Source: an uncultured Bacteroidales bacterium (GTDB taxonomy: Bacteria > Bacteroidota > Bacteroidia > Bacteroidales > Muribaculaceae). From it: DNA of 64,000 nt. The position numbers and the translations under genes were made by a program. This document shows positions 39,347 to 49,422 of this stretch, one piece after another; positions within the stretch are counted from its first letter, which is position 1, and every line of letters begins with the position of its first letter. Location: NCBI GenBank assembly GCA_902762385.1, contig CACWNQ010000019.1:7115-71114 (forward strand). The letters run 5' to 3'. The notes beneath the pieces were generated by a model. It was not told the DNA's origin and ran no database searches. It was given only the letters and a program-made list of their open reading frames with translations.

Positions 39347-39438
39347 CATAACTCACAACCCACAACTCAAAACTGATAACTCATAACTCACCACCCACAA
39401 CTCACAACTGATAACTCATAACTCACAACTCACAACTC
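39347..39438 (+). repeat. Heptamer tandem array between thyA and folA
   Basis: Same actcaca/actcata/actgata units; ends 1 nt before the folA ATG. Confidence 0.85.
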
Positions 39439-39439
39439 T

Positions 39440-39943
39440 ATGCTTTCTGCCATCGTAGCAATCGACCGCAATGGAGCCATTGGCAAGCAGGGCCAGCTCC
39501 TGTGCCGCATGCCTGCCGACATGCGTCATTTCAAGGAAACCACCATGGGGCACTCCATCATCATGGGGCGCAAAACCTTTGAGTCGTTCCCCAAAGGGGC
39601 ACTGCCAGGACGACAGAACATCGTCATCACCCGCAACCGCAGCTATGCCCCCCAGGGCGTCACTGTGGCACACAGCGTCGACGAGGCACTAGCGGCAGCC
39701 ACCATGCCCGGCGAAGTCTTCATCATCGGCGGCGAGCAGATTTATAATGCCACCTTCCCGCTCGTTGATACCATCCACCTAACCGTCATCGACCACAAGT
39801 TCAACGACGTCGACGCCTACTTCCCACGCATCGACATGCGCTCATGGACCATCACTGAGCAAGAACCACATCCAGCCGACGACCGCAACCCATATCCCTT
39901 CACCTTCATGACACTAAAGCGTAAGAAAACATCACGCCCTTAA
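39440..39943 (+). CDS. folA: Dihydrofolate reductase
   Basis: IVAIDRNGAIG, DMRHFK, IMGRKTFES, LPGRQNIVITR, FIIGGEQIY, DAYFP. Confidence 0.96.
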   Translation: MLSAIVAIDRNGAIGKQGQLLCRMPADMRHFKETTMGHSIIMGRKTFESFPKGALPGRQNIVITRNRSYAPQGVTVAHSVDEALAAATMPGEVFIIGGEQIYNATFPLVDTIHLTVIDHKFNDVDAYFPRIDMRSWTITEQEPHPADDRNPYPFTFMTLKRKKTSRP

Positions 39944-40000
39944 CATGTCGAGCCAAAATCACTATCTCACATTATTTATTGTCAAAAACAATACAATTAT

Positions 40001-40031
40001 TTTGGATTATAAAAAATAAGAAGTAAATTTG
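40001..40031 (+). promoter_or_regulatory. Sigma-A promoter upstream of an orphan structured RNA
   Basis: TTTG (40001-40004), 19 nt spacer, TAAATTTG (40024-40031). Confidence 0.65.
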
Positions 40032-40035
40032 CAAA

Positions 40036-40310
40036 CGACCTAACTCTGCCCAAGAGAGGGCAAAAGGTCAAATACATTTTGATAAAGGACGTTTACTAAC
40101 GGCGTTATCTTCTGTCTTCAAACTTCGCAACTTTGATTTATACCGAAGAAACGGCAACAATGTGAACGTTCACGTTAGGTGAATTCTATGCCTCTATAGG
40201 CATATCTATATTCACACTGGCGTGGGCTAGCTGCGTTGCTTATTCGGTAGAGGGCAATGCGAAGGCCTGAAGACGGGGTAAGCTAGAGTGCAGATTCCCA
40301 CGTCTTTTTT
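40036..40310 (+). ncRNA. Putative orphan structured RNA / attenuator-like leader
   Basis: Several nested stems, ending in ggcgtggg/cccacgtc plus T6; no ORF of note. Confidence 0.5.
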
Positions 40311-40651
40311 ATACTATTAACCGCCTAAAATCCGAGGAATCTAAAAAGGCACATTTTGAACCATTGCATTAAGCTGATAATCATTGATTTCTGAAAAGTA
40401 AAGGCACGGGCAATTTTCTTGTATAATACATTTTGTCGCTGTATATTTGCAGCAGCGAAAGAGTTCTAAAACCTCGCATTTTTAACATTTCGTTACCCTA
40501 ATTAACCACGAATGAACTTTTATTTTTCTATATGATTGAATTTCAGTCTTTTTCGCAAAGTGAAATGAAGTGCGAATGTGGAGCATTTTCTTGTGTTTAA
40601 CATTTTGATTTTCTAATTTTGCGACAGAGATTAAAACAAAATAAAACATCC

Positions 40652-42475
40652 ATGAGAGCTAACAAAAACAGGTATTTGGTATATTTATTGTTGACAATAA
40701 TGCTATGTTGTCATCCAACATTATTCGCAAAAACAACCGACGAAGTAGTAATCGATGATTGTCGAGATGTTTATGAATTCAAGGTTCGTAAAGGCGAGAT
40801 TATCGTGAATAACAAGATTACGCTCAATTATGAGCTCTTGAAACAGTTCAAGTGCAAGATTCAGCCCTCAATATTTTATGGCGACAACATCAAGTTCGTG
40901 AAATCATCTTGCAGTCGAAGCAACAATCCAGAGCACAAGTCAATCACTCCCGACAACGTGTTCTACGATGACTCTAAAGCGTGTTTTTATGATGTGCTTT
41001 TAGATGCCAAGCATCAACGGTGCGATGCTAAGTTCGAACGTGATTTCACCGACATTCATTACTTCTCTCGCATTTTCCTTGCCGATGAATTCTTCATTAG
41101 GCACAAAACTGTGAAAATTATCATTCCTGATGAACTACAGCAGTTTAAACTAATCAACAAAAATTTCACACCCAACATACAGGTTGAAGAAACCCATGAA
41201 GGCAACAAGCGCATTTTCACCTACACCATAATAAGCCTGCCTGCAGTTAAAGTTGAGGACAATATGCCCAACTCTTCCCAAATCTATCCCATCATTATGA
41301 TTGATGGAGCCTATGCCAGTGTGGATGAACTCTACCAGTGGAGCCATAATCTGTCGCAAGTCGACACCACTATCCCATCTCTGAAGTCCATTCTGCTTAA
41401 TATGCCCGAGACCGACAATAAGATTGATAAAATGAAAAACACCTATGCCTGGGTGCAGAGCAACATCCGATATGTCGCTTTTGAGGCAGGAATAGGAAAA
41501 CATCAGCCCGACACCCCAGCCGAAGTCATCCGAAAACGATATGGCGACTGCAAGGGACTTGCATTACTTCTCAAGACATTGCTTGTGGAACAGGGCATCG
41601 ACGCACGACTAGTATTTTTGGGAACCGACAAAGTGAGCTGCCACATCAGTGAGATTCCTTCGTTGGCATCAATGAACCATGTGATTTGCGCTGCCCACAT
41701 CGATGGGCACACCTATTATCTTGATGCTACCAGCAATTACATTCCCGTTGGCTACATTCCCGGCAACATTCAAGGCGTTGAAGCCCTAATCGAAAACGGT
41801 GCAAGCTATAAACTTGTTACTTTGCCCACACTTCCATTGGAATCTAGTTGCGACAGCCTTCATGTCGACCTGGCGATTGTGGGCGATGCACTGCAAGGCA
41901 CTGCCCAACGCTGGCTCAAAGGCGACATGAAAGAATTGCTTCTCACTGCTTATAACGAGGAGGAAAAACGTGAACGCAGTTCTTTTACTGCACTTGCCTT
42001 AAACGATAATTCACACAGCATGAAGGTCAACAACGCACACTGGCTCGACACAGCTTGCGATAAAGAATGGGCAAGCCTGCAGGGCGAGATTGTTGATGAA
42101 AACTCATTATCAAGGCTTGATGATGAAATATATATTGAACTTGACCCCGACAACATGACTCAAGCCATCATCGATACCACTAAACGTGAGCACAACTATG
42201 TCTTCCCAGTCAAGTGCAGGCGTGTCAACGAGGTGTGCTTTACCATCCCTGATGGGTATCGAGTCGAGAAACTGCCAAGTCCTCTAAGCATTAATACTAG
42301 CGTCGCAACATTAAGCTGCTCTTTTGCTCTCACAGGCAATAAGGTAGTATTTGTGAAATCAATTGATATAACTGGCACCCAGCTTCAACGCAACCAAATC
42401 ATCGCTTGGAACAACAATGTGCGCAAGTGGAACGAAGCGTGCCACGAGCAATTAGTTTTAAAACCCATAAAATAA
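40652..42475 (+). CDS. DUF3857 + transglutaminase-like domain protein
   Basis: Signal peptide; WVQSNIRYVAFE.G...P....YGDCKG.A.LL, NHVIC, YYLDAT Cys-His-Asp triad. Start moved to ATG 40652. Confidence 0.82.
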   Translation: MRANKNRYLVYLLLTIMLCCHPTLFAKTTDEVVIDDCRDVYEFKVRKGEIIVNNKITLNYELLKQFKCKIQPSIFYGDNIKFVKSSCSRSNNPEHKSITPDNVFYDDSKACFYDVLLDAKHQRCDAKFERDFTDIHYFSRIFLADEFFIRHKTVKIIIPDELQQFKLINKNFTPNIQVEETHEGNKRIFTYTIISLPAVKVEDNMPNSSQIYPIIMIDGAYASVDELYQWSHNLSQVDTTIPSLKSILLNMPETDNKIDKMKNTYAWVQSNIRYVAFEAGIGKHQPDTPAEVIRKRYGDCKGLALLLKTLLVEQGIDARLVFLGTDKVSCHISEIPSLASMNHVICAAHIDGHTYYLDATSNYIPVGYIPGNIQGVEALIENGASYKLVTLPTLPLESSCDSLHVDLAIVGDALQGTAQRWLKGDMKELLLTAYNEEEKRERSSFTALALNDNSHSMKVNNAHWLDTACDKEWASLQGEIVDENSLSRLDDEIYIELDPDNMTQAIIDTTKREHNYVFPVKCRRVNEVCFTIPDGYRVEKLPSPLSINTSVATLSCSFALTGNKVVFVKSIDITGTQLQRNQIIAWNNNVRKWNEACHEQLVLKPIK

Positions 42476-42483
42476 ACAACAAT

Positions 42484-44655
42484 ATGAAAAAGCTATTAAC
42501 CCTGATGCTTGCTTCGCTGCTTTTATTCGCAGCACAAGCTAATGATGAAAAAAAGTATGCCGAGTTTGCCGAGCAACTGAAACAGCAAGTGTGGAGCACA
42601 CCTTCGGTTGAGTTCTCCAATTATTATTGCCCCGACGAGTACGTTAAAAACTATTCGGCTGTGATTCTAGCTTCGCGCACCGATGTGGAACTTACTCGCA
42701 AGTCCTATATTAAGATGACTGGACTCATGGGCTTTAGTGGAGCAAAGAAACTGGGGCGACATGAGCTCACACGCATGCTCATCAAGCTCAACGATGATGC
42801 CGCCATCAAGAAGTTCTCTGAGTTCGACTACTCCACTTTCAAGAAGAGCTACACCATTTTTGGACAACAAGAGAGTGAGATGAAAGTTCTTGGTGTTAGG
42901 ATCATAAAACCTAATGGAAAGATTGTCAATGTCAACACTAGCGACTACATGGTAACTCGCGAGGGCAACTACGATAGCGAGGTGAGCCACAAGCTCGCTG
43001 TACCAGGACTCGAGGTGGGTGATGTTATGGATATCTTTTTCTTTGATGAAGAAATTGTACACGACCGCAACATGAAGCCTTTCACGTTCATCATGAAAGA
43101 TAAATACCCCATTCTGCATTATAGAGTAAGATGTGTTGTTGACAAGAAAATCACTGTGCAATACCGCACCTTAAATGGCGCACCCGACTTCAAGGTTTCG
43201 ACCGATAAAGACAAGCACACAATTCTTGAGACCGAGATGCACAACATTCTAAGCGTGGCTCCTTCGCTATGGTACAATAAAGCGAGTCAGTCTCCCATGA
43301 TTCTGCTCTATGCCTACGACAAGAGCGTCACTGGTGGAGGCATTAAGAGTGTGAAGGACGAGGACCGCGGCCTGCAAGCTAATCCCGACTACCGCAACAT
43401 CCTTATCGACGATTTCACGCTCATGTTGTATGAAATCAAAAATGCCAGGAATAGCCGGTTCCACAAGGCGTTTGGATTCCTTAAAAAGGATATCGACATG
43501 GCTAAGAAAGAACACGATAAAGAAGTTGCTGCCCAGCGGCTCTACAACGCCTTTATCTATTATGCTGCTGGCTTTGACAAGGATAATGAACGGTTCACAT
43601 CCTATGAGTTCGTTGCAGCATTAAGAAAAATGTTTAACATGAGTGAGATACCAAGCACGTTAATCATCACAACCGACACCGATAATGAACCTATTGACCA
43701 ACTGATTAACAACCAAAACACTTCGTGGCTCATCAAGACGCCTGCTGGCGCTTATTTTGCAGCACCTGTTTATAAGTGCCAAACGCCAGGCATCCTACCA
43801 ACTAACCTGCAAGGACGTAAAGCGGCTTTCATCAATAAGCTCGATAACGAAAAAACCGATTACTACTTAGAAACACTGCCTATAAGTGACTACAGCCAAA
43901 ACCGCGATATGGTAAAGCTCAACGCATCAATTCAAGGCACTACTGTCGACATCGACCGCACCGAGACTCTCACTGGCACTCAAAAGGAGCTCATCACGTC
44001 GGTTCTGATAAGCGACAAACTAATGATGGACGATTACGACAGGATGCTCAAGCGCGAGAAGACCTATCTCGAAGCTTTATCAAAGAAAGATCGCAAAGGT
44101 ATTGAGGACAAATTTGAGAAAGACAAAGAAGAACAAAACGAGATCTATCGAGATGAAGTTGACCTATATCATGACATGAAGCCGCTTGAGTTCAAAGGCT
44201 TTGAGGTGTTGCAGACTGGACTCGACCCACAAAACCCCGATTTCTCTTATCGCTCACAGTACACCCTCGACGGTCTTGTGAAAAAAGCAGGCGACAACAT
44301 GGTGCTGAGTGTAGGCAAGCTATTGGGCTCTCAATTATCAGTCGAGGGGCACGACCGAGAGCGTGATTGCGACATTTACCGTAATTCAGCCAATCAGCTG
44401 CTTTGGGACATCAACGTTGAGATTCCAAGTGGCTACACCGTCTCGCAAGAAAGCCTTGCCAAGCTGCAACAGTCAGTAAAGAATGACGCGGGTGAGTTCA
44501 CTGCTAGCGCTAAGGTCGAGGGTAACACACTGCACTTGCAAGCATCCAAGAGCTACTTCAAGGCTTATTATCCACTCGCACAGTGGCAAGACCTGCTAAA
44601 GATTATTGACGCTGCAAGCGACTTCACCAACCGACAAATTATTATCCGTAAATAA
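42484..44655 (+). CDS. DUF3857 domain-containing protein (catalytic Cys motif not seen)
   Basis: Signal peptide MKKLL; RIIKPNGK, AVPGLEVGDVMD; partner of the upstream gene. Confidence 0.72.
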   Translation: MKKLLTLMLASLLLFAAQANDEKKYAEFAEQLKQQVWSTPSVEFSNYYCPDEYVKNYSAVILASRTDVELTRKSYIKMTGLMGFSGAKKLGRHELTRMLIKLNDDAAIKKFSEFDYSTFKKSYTIFGQQESEMKVLGVRIIKPNGKIVNVNTSDYMVTREGNYDSEVSHKLAVPGLEVGDVMDIFFFDEEIVHDRNMKPFTFIMKDKYPILHYRVRCVVDKKITVQYRTLNGAPDFKVSTDKDKHTILETEMHNILSVAPSLWYNKASQSPMILLYAYDKSVTGGGIKSVKDEDRGLQANPDYRNILIDDFTLMLYEIKNARNSRFHKAFGFLKKDIDMAKKEHDKEVAAQRLYNAFIYYAAGFDKDNERFTSYEFVAALRKMFNMSEIPSTLIITTDTDNEPIDQLINNQNTSWLIKTPAGAYFAAPVYKCQTPGILPTNLQGRKAAFINKLDNEKTDYYLETLPISDYSQNRDMVKLNASIQGTTVDIDRTETLTGTQKELITSVLISDKLMMDDYDRMLKREKTYLEALSKKDRKGIEDKFEKDKEEQNEIYRDEVDLYHDMKPLEFKGFEVLQTGLDPQNPDFSYRSQYTLDGLVKKAGDNMVLSVGKLLGSQLSVEGHDRERDCDIYRNSANQLLWDINVEIPSGYTVSQESLAKLQQSVKNDAGEFTASAKVEGNTLHLQASKSYFKAYYPLAQWQDLLKIIDAASDFTNRQIIIRK

Positions 44656-44681
44656 GACTAACCACTAAAACTAAAAGACAT

Positions 44682-46619
44682 ATGAAAACTAAACTCCACA
44701 CAATCAATCAGCGAGTGCTTATGCTCTCCTTGCTGCTGGCAGCTGCATTGCCTGTCAGTGCTTACGACTTCATGGCCAACGGCATTGCATACAACATTAA
44801 TGAAGATGGTAAAACTGTCACTGTCACACAAAACGTACAATACTATCCCAACTATAGTGGTGACATTGTGATTCCTTCGGCAGTCTATAATTCTAATAAT
44901 GGCGTGCATTATTCTGTCACTGAAATCGACAGGCTGGCATTCTATGCATGTAGAGAAATGACATCGGTGAATTTGCCCAGCACTCTTGTTCAAATAGGGC
45001 AATCGGCTTTTTCCTATTGTAGTGGACTTGGAGAAATAGCAATACCGGCATCGGTCCAGACTATTGGGCAAGGAGCATTTCAGGGTTGTACAAGTCTAGT
45101 GTCAATAGAGCTGCCCAGCAATTTGACCGAGTTGAACAATAATCTTTTCATGTCTTGCTCAAGTTTGAGTGTTGTGAGGTTGCCGCAATATCTCAAGCAC
45201 ATTCACAGCTGTGTGTTTGATGGCTGCTCCAGTTTGACCAAGATTATTATTCCCGATTCGGTCGAGAGCATTGGTAATGATGCATTTAGAAATTGCTTTA
45301 ACTTAGAAGAAATCACAATGGGTGAATCGCTTAAGAATATAGATCGTGAAGTTTTCACATCTTCTTGCTCAAATCTTAGGCACATAAAGTGGAATACAGT
45401 TGATTTTCAGGGGTTTGACAATGAGGATTACAATCCTTTTCATATCGTGAACTTTGTCAACAATTGCATCACAAATTTTGAGTTTGGCAGGAAAGTAAAA
45501 ACGATTCCTGACTATATTTGCCGGCAATTCACTGCGTTGACATCAATCTCGATTCCAAATTCAGTAACAAAGATTGGGAAAGAGGCTTTTGCCGTGTGTA
45601 CAGGCGTGACTACGATTAATATCCCTGGGGCGGTGACCGAGATTGGCGAAAGTGCCTTCGAGGGGTGCTCACAGTTGACTTCAATATTCTCAAGTATCAA
45701 TGACCTGCATTCAACAACATGTGATGTGAGCGCATTCAATCAGGCTAACACTTCGACTTGTACACTTTATGTCCCCAAGGGAACATTGAGCAACTACCAA
45801 ACTACTGCACCCTGGAGTGAGTTCCTGAATATCGTGGAACTGGAACCTGGCGACACCAACCTTGATGGCACTGTCACAAGTGCCGACATCACGACCCTTT
45901 ACGACCAGCTGCTTGGTGCTTACAATGCAGCAACAATTACGTGCGACGTGAATGGAGACGGCCTGGTTACAGCTGCCGACGTCACGACACTTTACAACAT
46001 CATTCTGGGTAACGAGCCCGAGAGTCATGAGTGGGTTGACCTGGGACTGCCCAGTGGCACGCTGTGGGCAACGATGAACATTGGCGCCAGCAGCCCCGAG
46101 GAATGTGGCGACTACTTCGCTTGGGGAGAGACCACACCCAAGAGTGTCTATGACTGGACAACCTACTCGTGGAGCAAAGGCAGCGTCTCTACGCTCACTA
46201 AGTATTGCGAGAACAGCAGTTTTGGCTTCAACGGCTTTGTCGATTACAAAACCGAGCTTGACCCTGAGGACGATGCCGCTGCTGCCAACTGGGGTGGCGA
46301 GTGGCGCATGCCGTCGGTGGAGCAGGTTCAGGAGTTGGTTGAAAACTGCAGCGGCCAGTGGACAACGTTGAACGGTGTTTACGGCAGGTTATTTACTGGC
46401 AGCAACGGCGCTACGTTGTTCTTGCCAGTGACGGGCGAACGCTACGGCAGCGAGCTCAAATACACGAATGATGGCATGTACTGGTTGCGCACTCTCAAAC
46501 CCACCTACTCATGGAGCGCTTACCACTTATATGTTGGCTCGTGGACAGCCAACTGGTACGACGACTGGTACTACCGTAGCACCGGACTAACAGTTCGTGC
46601 AGTGCGCGTCTCTCAATAA
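44682..46619 (+). CDS. Surface protein: BspA-type LRRs + dockerin + C-terminal DUF1566/Fib_succ_major-like (C-type lectin fold) domain
   Basis: Repeats of LxxIGxxAFxxCxxL; GDTNLDGTVTSAD / DVNGDGLVTAAD dockerin pair; EWVDLGLPSGTLWATMNIGA...R..GLTVRAV. Confidence 0.82.
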   Translation: MKTKLHTINQRVLMLSLLLAAALPVSAYDFMANGIAYNINEDGKTVTVTQNVQYYPNYSGDIVIPSAVYNSNNGVHYSVTEIDRLAFYACREMTSVNLPSTLVQIGQSAFSYCSGLGEIAIPASVQTIGQGAFQGCTSLVSIELPSNLTELNNNLFMSCSSLSVVRLPQYLKHIHSCVFDGCSSLTKIIIPDSVESIGNDAFRNCFNLEEITMGESLKNIDREVFTSSCSNLRHIKWNTVDFQGFDNEDYNPFHIVNFVNNCITNFEFGRKVKTIPDYICRQFTALTSISIPNSVTKIGKEAFAVCTGVTTINIPGAVTEIGESAFEGCSQLTSIFSSINDLHSTTCDVSAFNQANTSTCTLYVPKGTLSNYQTTAPWSEFLNIVELEPGDTNLDGTVTSADITTLYDQLLGAYNAATITCDVNGDGLVTAADVTTLYNIILGNEPESHEWVDLGLPSGTLWATMNIGASSPEECGDYFAWGETTPKSVYDWTTYSWSKGSVSTLTKYCENSSFGFNGFVDYKTELDPEDDAAAANWGGEWRMPSVEQVQELVENCSGQWTTLNGVYGRLFTGSNGATLFLPVTGERYGSELKYTNDGMYWLRTLKPTYSWSAYHLYVGSWTANWYDDWYYRSTGLTVRAVRVSQ

Positions 46620-46692
46620 TACAAAACTTCAAGCTAAACGCAGTTTAACAAAAGGGTGCGTTGAAAACTGCCATCCTAAAAACTATACAATT

Positions 46693-48015
46693 ATGAAAAC
46701 TACACTCCACACAATCACTCGGCGACTACTAATGCTCGCCTTGCTGCTGGCTGCCATCCCTGCCAGTGCTTACGACTTCATGGTCGATGGCATTGCCTAC
46801 GACTTTACCGACAACGATTCCACAGCTGTGCAAGTGGTGCCTATTTCCAAAACTGAGTATTACACTGGCGACATTGTGGTGCCTGCCACAGTAGTGCACA
46901 ATGGCAAGACCCACACCGTTACAGCTATTGGTTTAAGAGCTTTTGTGTTTTGCTCAGGCATGACTTCTATCCAGTTGCCTAGCACTATCAAGACGATTGA
47001 ACCTGGTGCTTTTTTGGGATGCCGTGGATTAACATCCATTGAACTGCCCAAGGGCCTTGTGAGCATTGGCAATCTTGCCTTTGTGTTATGCGAGAACTTA
47101 GAGACAGTCACTATTCCAAGCACTGTTCAAGATATAGGCTACATGGCATTCAGCCAAAATTTCAAGTTAAGAGATATCACGATTCCCGAGGGTATTGAAA
47201 TAATAAGATACATGACATTCAACGATTGCTATGCTCTCAAGAATGTGGTGCTACCACAATCGCTCAAGGCAATCGGATCTGAAGCATTCGAAAGCTGCAG
47301 TCAGTTTACACAGATCATCATACCCGATTCTGTTGTTGAGATTGGCGACAAAGCGTTCAACGACTGTGTGAACGTGACCGAAATCACAATTGGCAAGGAA
47401 GTCAAAAACATAAGCAGCAGCGCCTTTAACAACTGCTGGCGCTTAGAGGTCGTAAAGTGGAATGCTATAGAATGTGTCTTAAATGAAGGTGACACCCAAT
47501 CTCCATTTAAGACTAATGGGAGAATGTTTGCAGTAGAGATTGGCAATGAAGTGCAGAAAATACCTGCCCAGCTGTTCAATTATGCAATTGAATTGAAGAG
47601 CATCGATATTCCTACCTCAGTCAAGGAAATTGGCAATAACGCCTTCGGCTATTGCTTGAGTTTAAGCACAATCATCTCCAGGAATGCCGACCCAAGCCTC
47701 ATTAGCTATGGTGATGACCTTGAGAGCATCTTTAACGGCATGAACAAAGAAGAATGTGTGGTGTGGGTACCTGCAGGAACCATCGAATTATATAAGGCAA
47801 CGATGCCATGGAGCCAGTTTCAGAACTTCAGCGAAATCGTTGAGGGCGACATCGACTGTGATGGCGCTGTTACCGCCGCCGATGCTATGATGCAATACAA
47901 CCGTCTACTCAACAACGACTACTCATCCCCTGCCACATGCGACGTAAACAACGACGGCTCAGTCAACATCGCCGATGTAACACAAGTTTACAATCTCATC
48001 TTAAGAAACAAATAA
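46693..48015 (+). CDS. Surface protein: BspA-type LRRs + C-terminal dockerin
   Basis: Leader paralogous to the upstream gene; LRRs; GDIDCDGAVTAAD / DVNNDGSVNIAD. Start moved to ATG 46693. Confidence 0.82.
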   Translation: MKTTLHTITRRLLMLALLLAAIPASAYDFMVDGIAYDFTDNDSTAVQVVPISKTEYYTGDIVVPATVVHNGKTHTVTAIGLRAFVFCSGMTSIQLPSTIKTIEPGAFLGCRGLTSIELPKGLVSIGNLAFVLCENLETVTIPSTVQDIGYMAFSQNFKLRDITIPEGIEIIRYMTFNDCYALKNVVLPQSLKAIGSEAFESCSQFTQIIIPDSVVEIGDKAFNDCVNVTEITIGKEVKNISSSAFNNCWRLEVVKWNAIECVLNEGDTQSPFKTNGRMFAVEIGNEVQKIPAQLFNYAIELKSIDIPTSVKEIGNNAFGYCLSLSTIISRNADPSLISYGDDLESIFNGMNKEECVVWVPAGTIELYKATMPWSQFQNFSEIVEGDIDCDGAVTAADAMMQYNRLLNNDYSSPATCDVNNDGSVNIADVTQVYNLILRNK

Positions 48016-48038
48016 CAACTACATATCCCACCAACATG

Positions 48039-48075
48039 CACCGCAAGATAAAAAACAACTCTTGCGGTGTTTTTT
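48039..48075 (+). terminator. Intrinsic terminator after the LRR-dockerin genes
   Basis: caccgcaaga / tcttgcggtg stem followed by T6. Confidence 0.8.
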
Positions 48076-49420
48076 AATGTTGCCTCGCCACTCCGCCATC
48101 CATTACCTTTGCGCACACACGTACCATAATTAATTATCACCACCATGAAAACCAGAAAGTTGTTTTGTTTGTTATCAAGTTGTTCTTGTTGTTTGAAAAA
48201 ACTGAGTCAAGTGAGTCAAGTGAGTCAGGTGAGTCAGATGAGTCAGGTGAGTCCATCTTTCGCCAATTCGCTCAATTCGCCGTTAGTGATTCCACCGATT
48301 CCACGTTTTAACATTCCTGCGTAAGCAGGCTTTGTGACACCAATAGGTGCAACTTTGTGAGATTAACAAAGCATCCGCGCGCAGCCCCCATTGTGCATTA
48401 TGCTTTGTGCATTGATTAAGGGCTTTTTGAGATTAACAAAAACAGTTGTTTTGGTTGTTATTGTGTTGTTTTAGTTGTTTGATAATTCATGGATAATTCA
48501 CCGTTTTTTAATGTTGTCTCACCACCCCACCATCCATTACCTTTGCGCACATGCGCGTTCATTGACATACTGCCACCTATCCTCATTTTTTTTCAAAAAC
48601 TGTCCCACCAGTCTCTGCCATCTTAAGTCTGAAATCTGATCTCTGACCTCTGACCAATTGTGCAAGTTGTTTATGTGTTGTTCAAGTTGTTTGACCGAAA
48701 CCACCCACGCGCAGCCCAATAATTCCTGGCCACTTTTCGAAATTATCGAAGCATCTATCGCCAATTGTGCATTATGCATTGTGCTTTGTGCATTGATTAA
48801 AGCCGTATGGCTACAAACCCAATATCAAATGAGAGATTATTTATTTGTCATTAATTGTCGTTTAAGAAAAAAACGTAAAACTGTCCCAAAACTTCCGTTT
48901 TTGACCATTAAACCGCCATTCCTTGGTCCATTTTTCCAGAAAAAAAACGCAAAACTGTCCCACGCGTCAGCCCAAAATTCCTGCGTAAGCAGACTTTTCG
49001 ACACCGATAGGTGCAGCTTTGTGAGAGGAAAACTACCATACTTTTTGCCATGTGCTGCGCACATGAAAATTAGAGAGTCTTCGACTCTAAAATTTATAAC
49101 AGAAAATTTTAGTGCGAAGCACCATTACAATTTTATCGCGCAGCGCTCTGATTTCCACTCCGCCAGGAGTGGCAAAACAATCCCGCTAGCATTACCAATT
49201 TTAGCCCGCAGGGCAATAATCTTTAGCGCGCAGCACCCCTCAAACTGATTCCATGTACAGCGACATCTTAGCGCGTCAGCGCAATAATTCACCCAATGGC
49301 GAAGCCAAAACTACCAATCTTAGCCCGAAGGGCAACAATCTTTAGCGCGCAGCGCGGCCCAACTGAGTCAAGCGCGCGCAGCCCCATTGTGCATTATGCA
49401 TTATGAATTATGCATTCAAA
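48070..49420. repeat. Mosaic intergenic repeat region with duplicated blocks and microsatellites
   Basis: Blocks 48070-48117 / 48504-48551, 48313-48362 / 48977-49026, 49201-49234 / 49320-49353, and tgcatta arrays; 9-mer (tgagtcaRN)x5 at 48203-48253. Confidence 0.75.
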
Positions 49421-49422
49421 AA

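Noticed and set aside
40031-40100. tmRNA (gcaaacgac looks like an ANDE resume codon)
   Set aside because: The motif is the tail of the promoter TAAATTTGCA; no tRNA-like ends and no ALAA-type tag.
48658-49248. 196-aa minus-strand ORF
   Set aside because: Runs through repeat blocks and A/T tracts and has non-protein-like composition.
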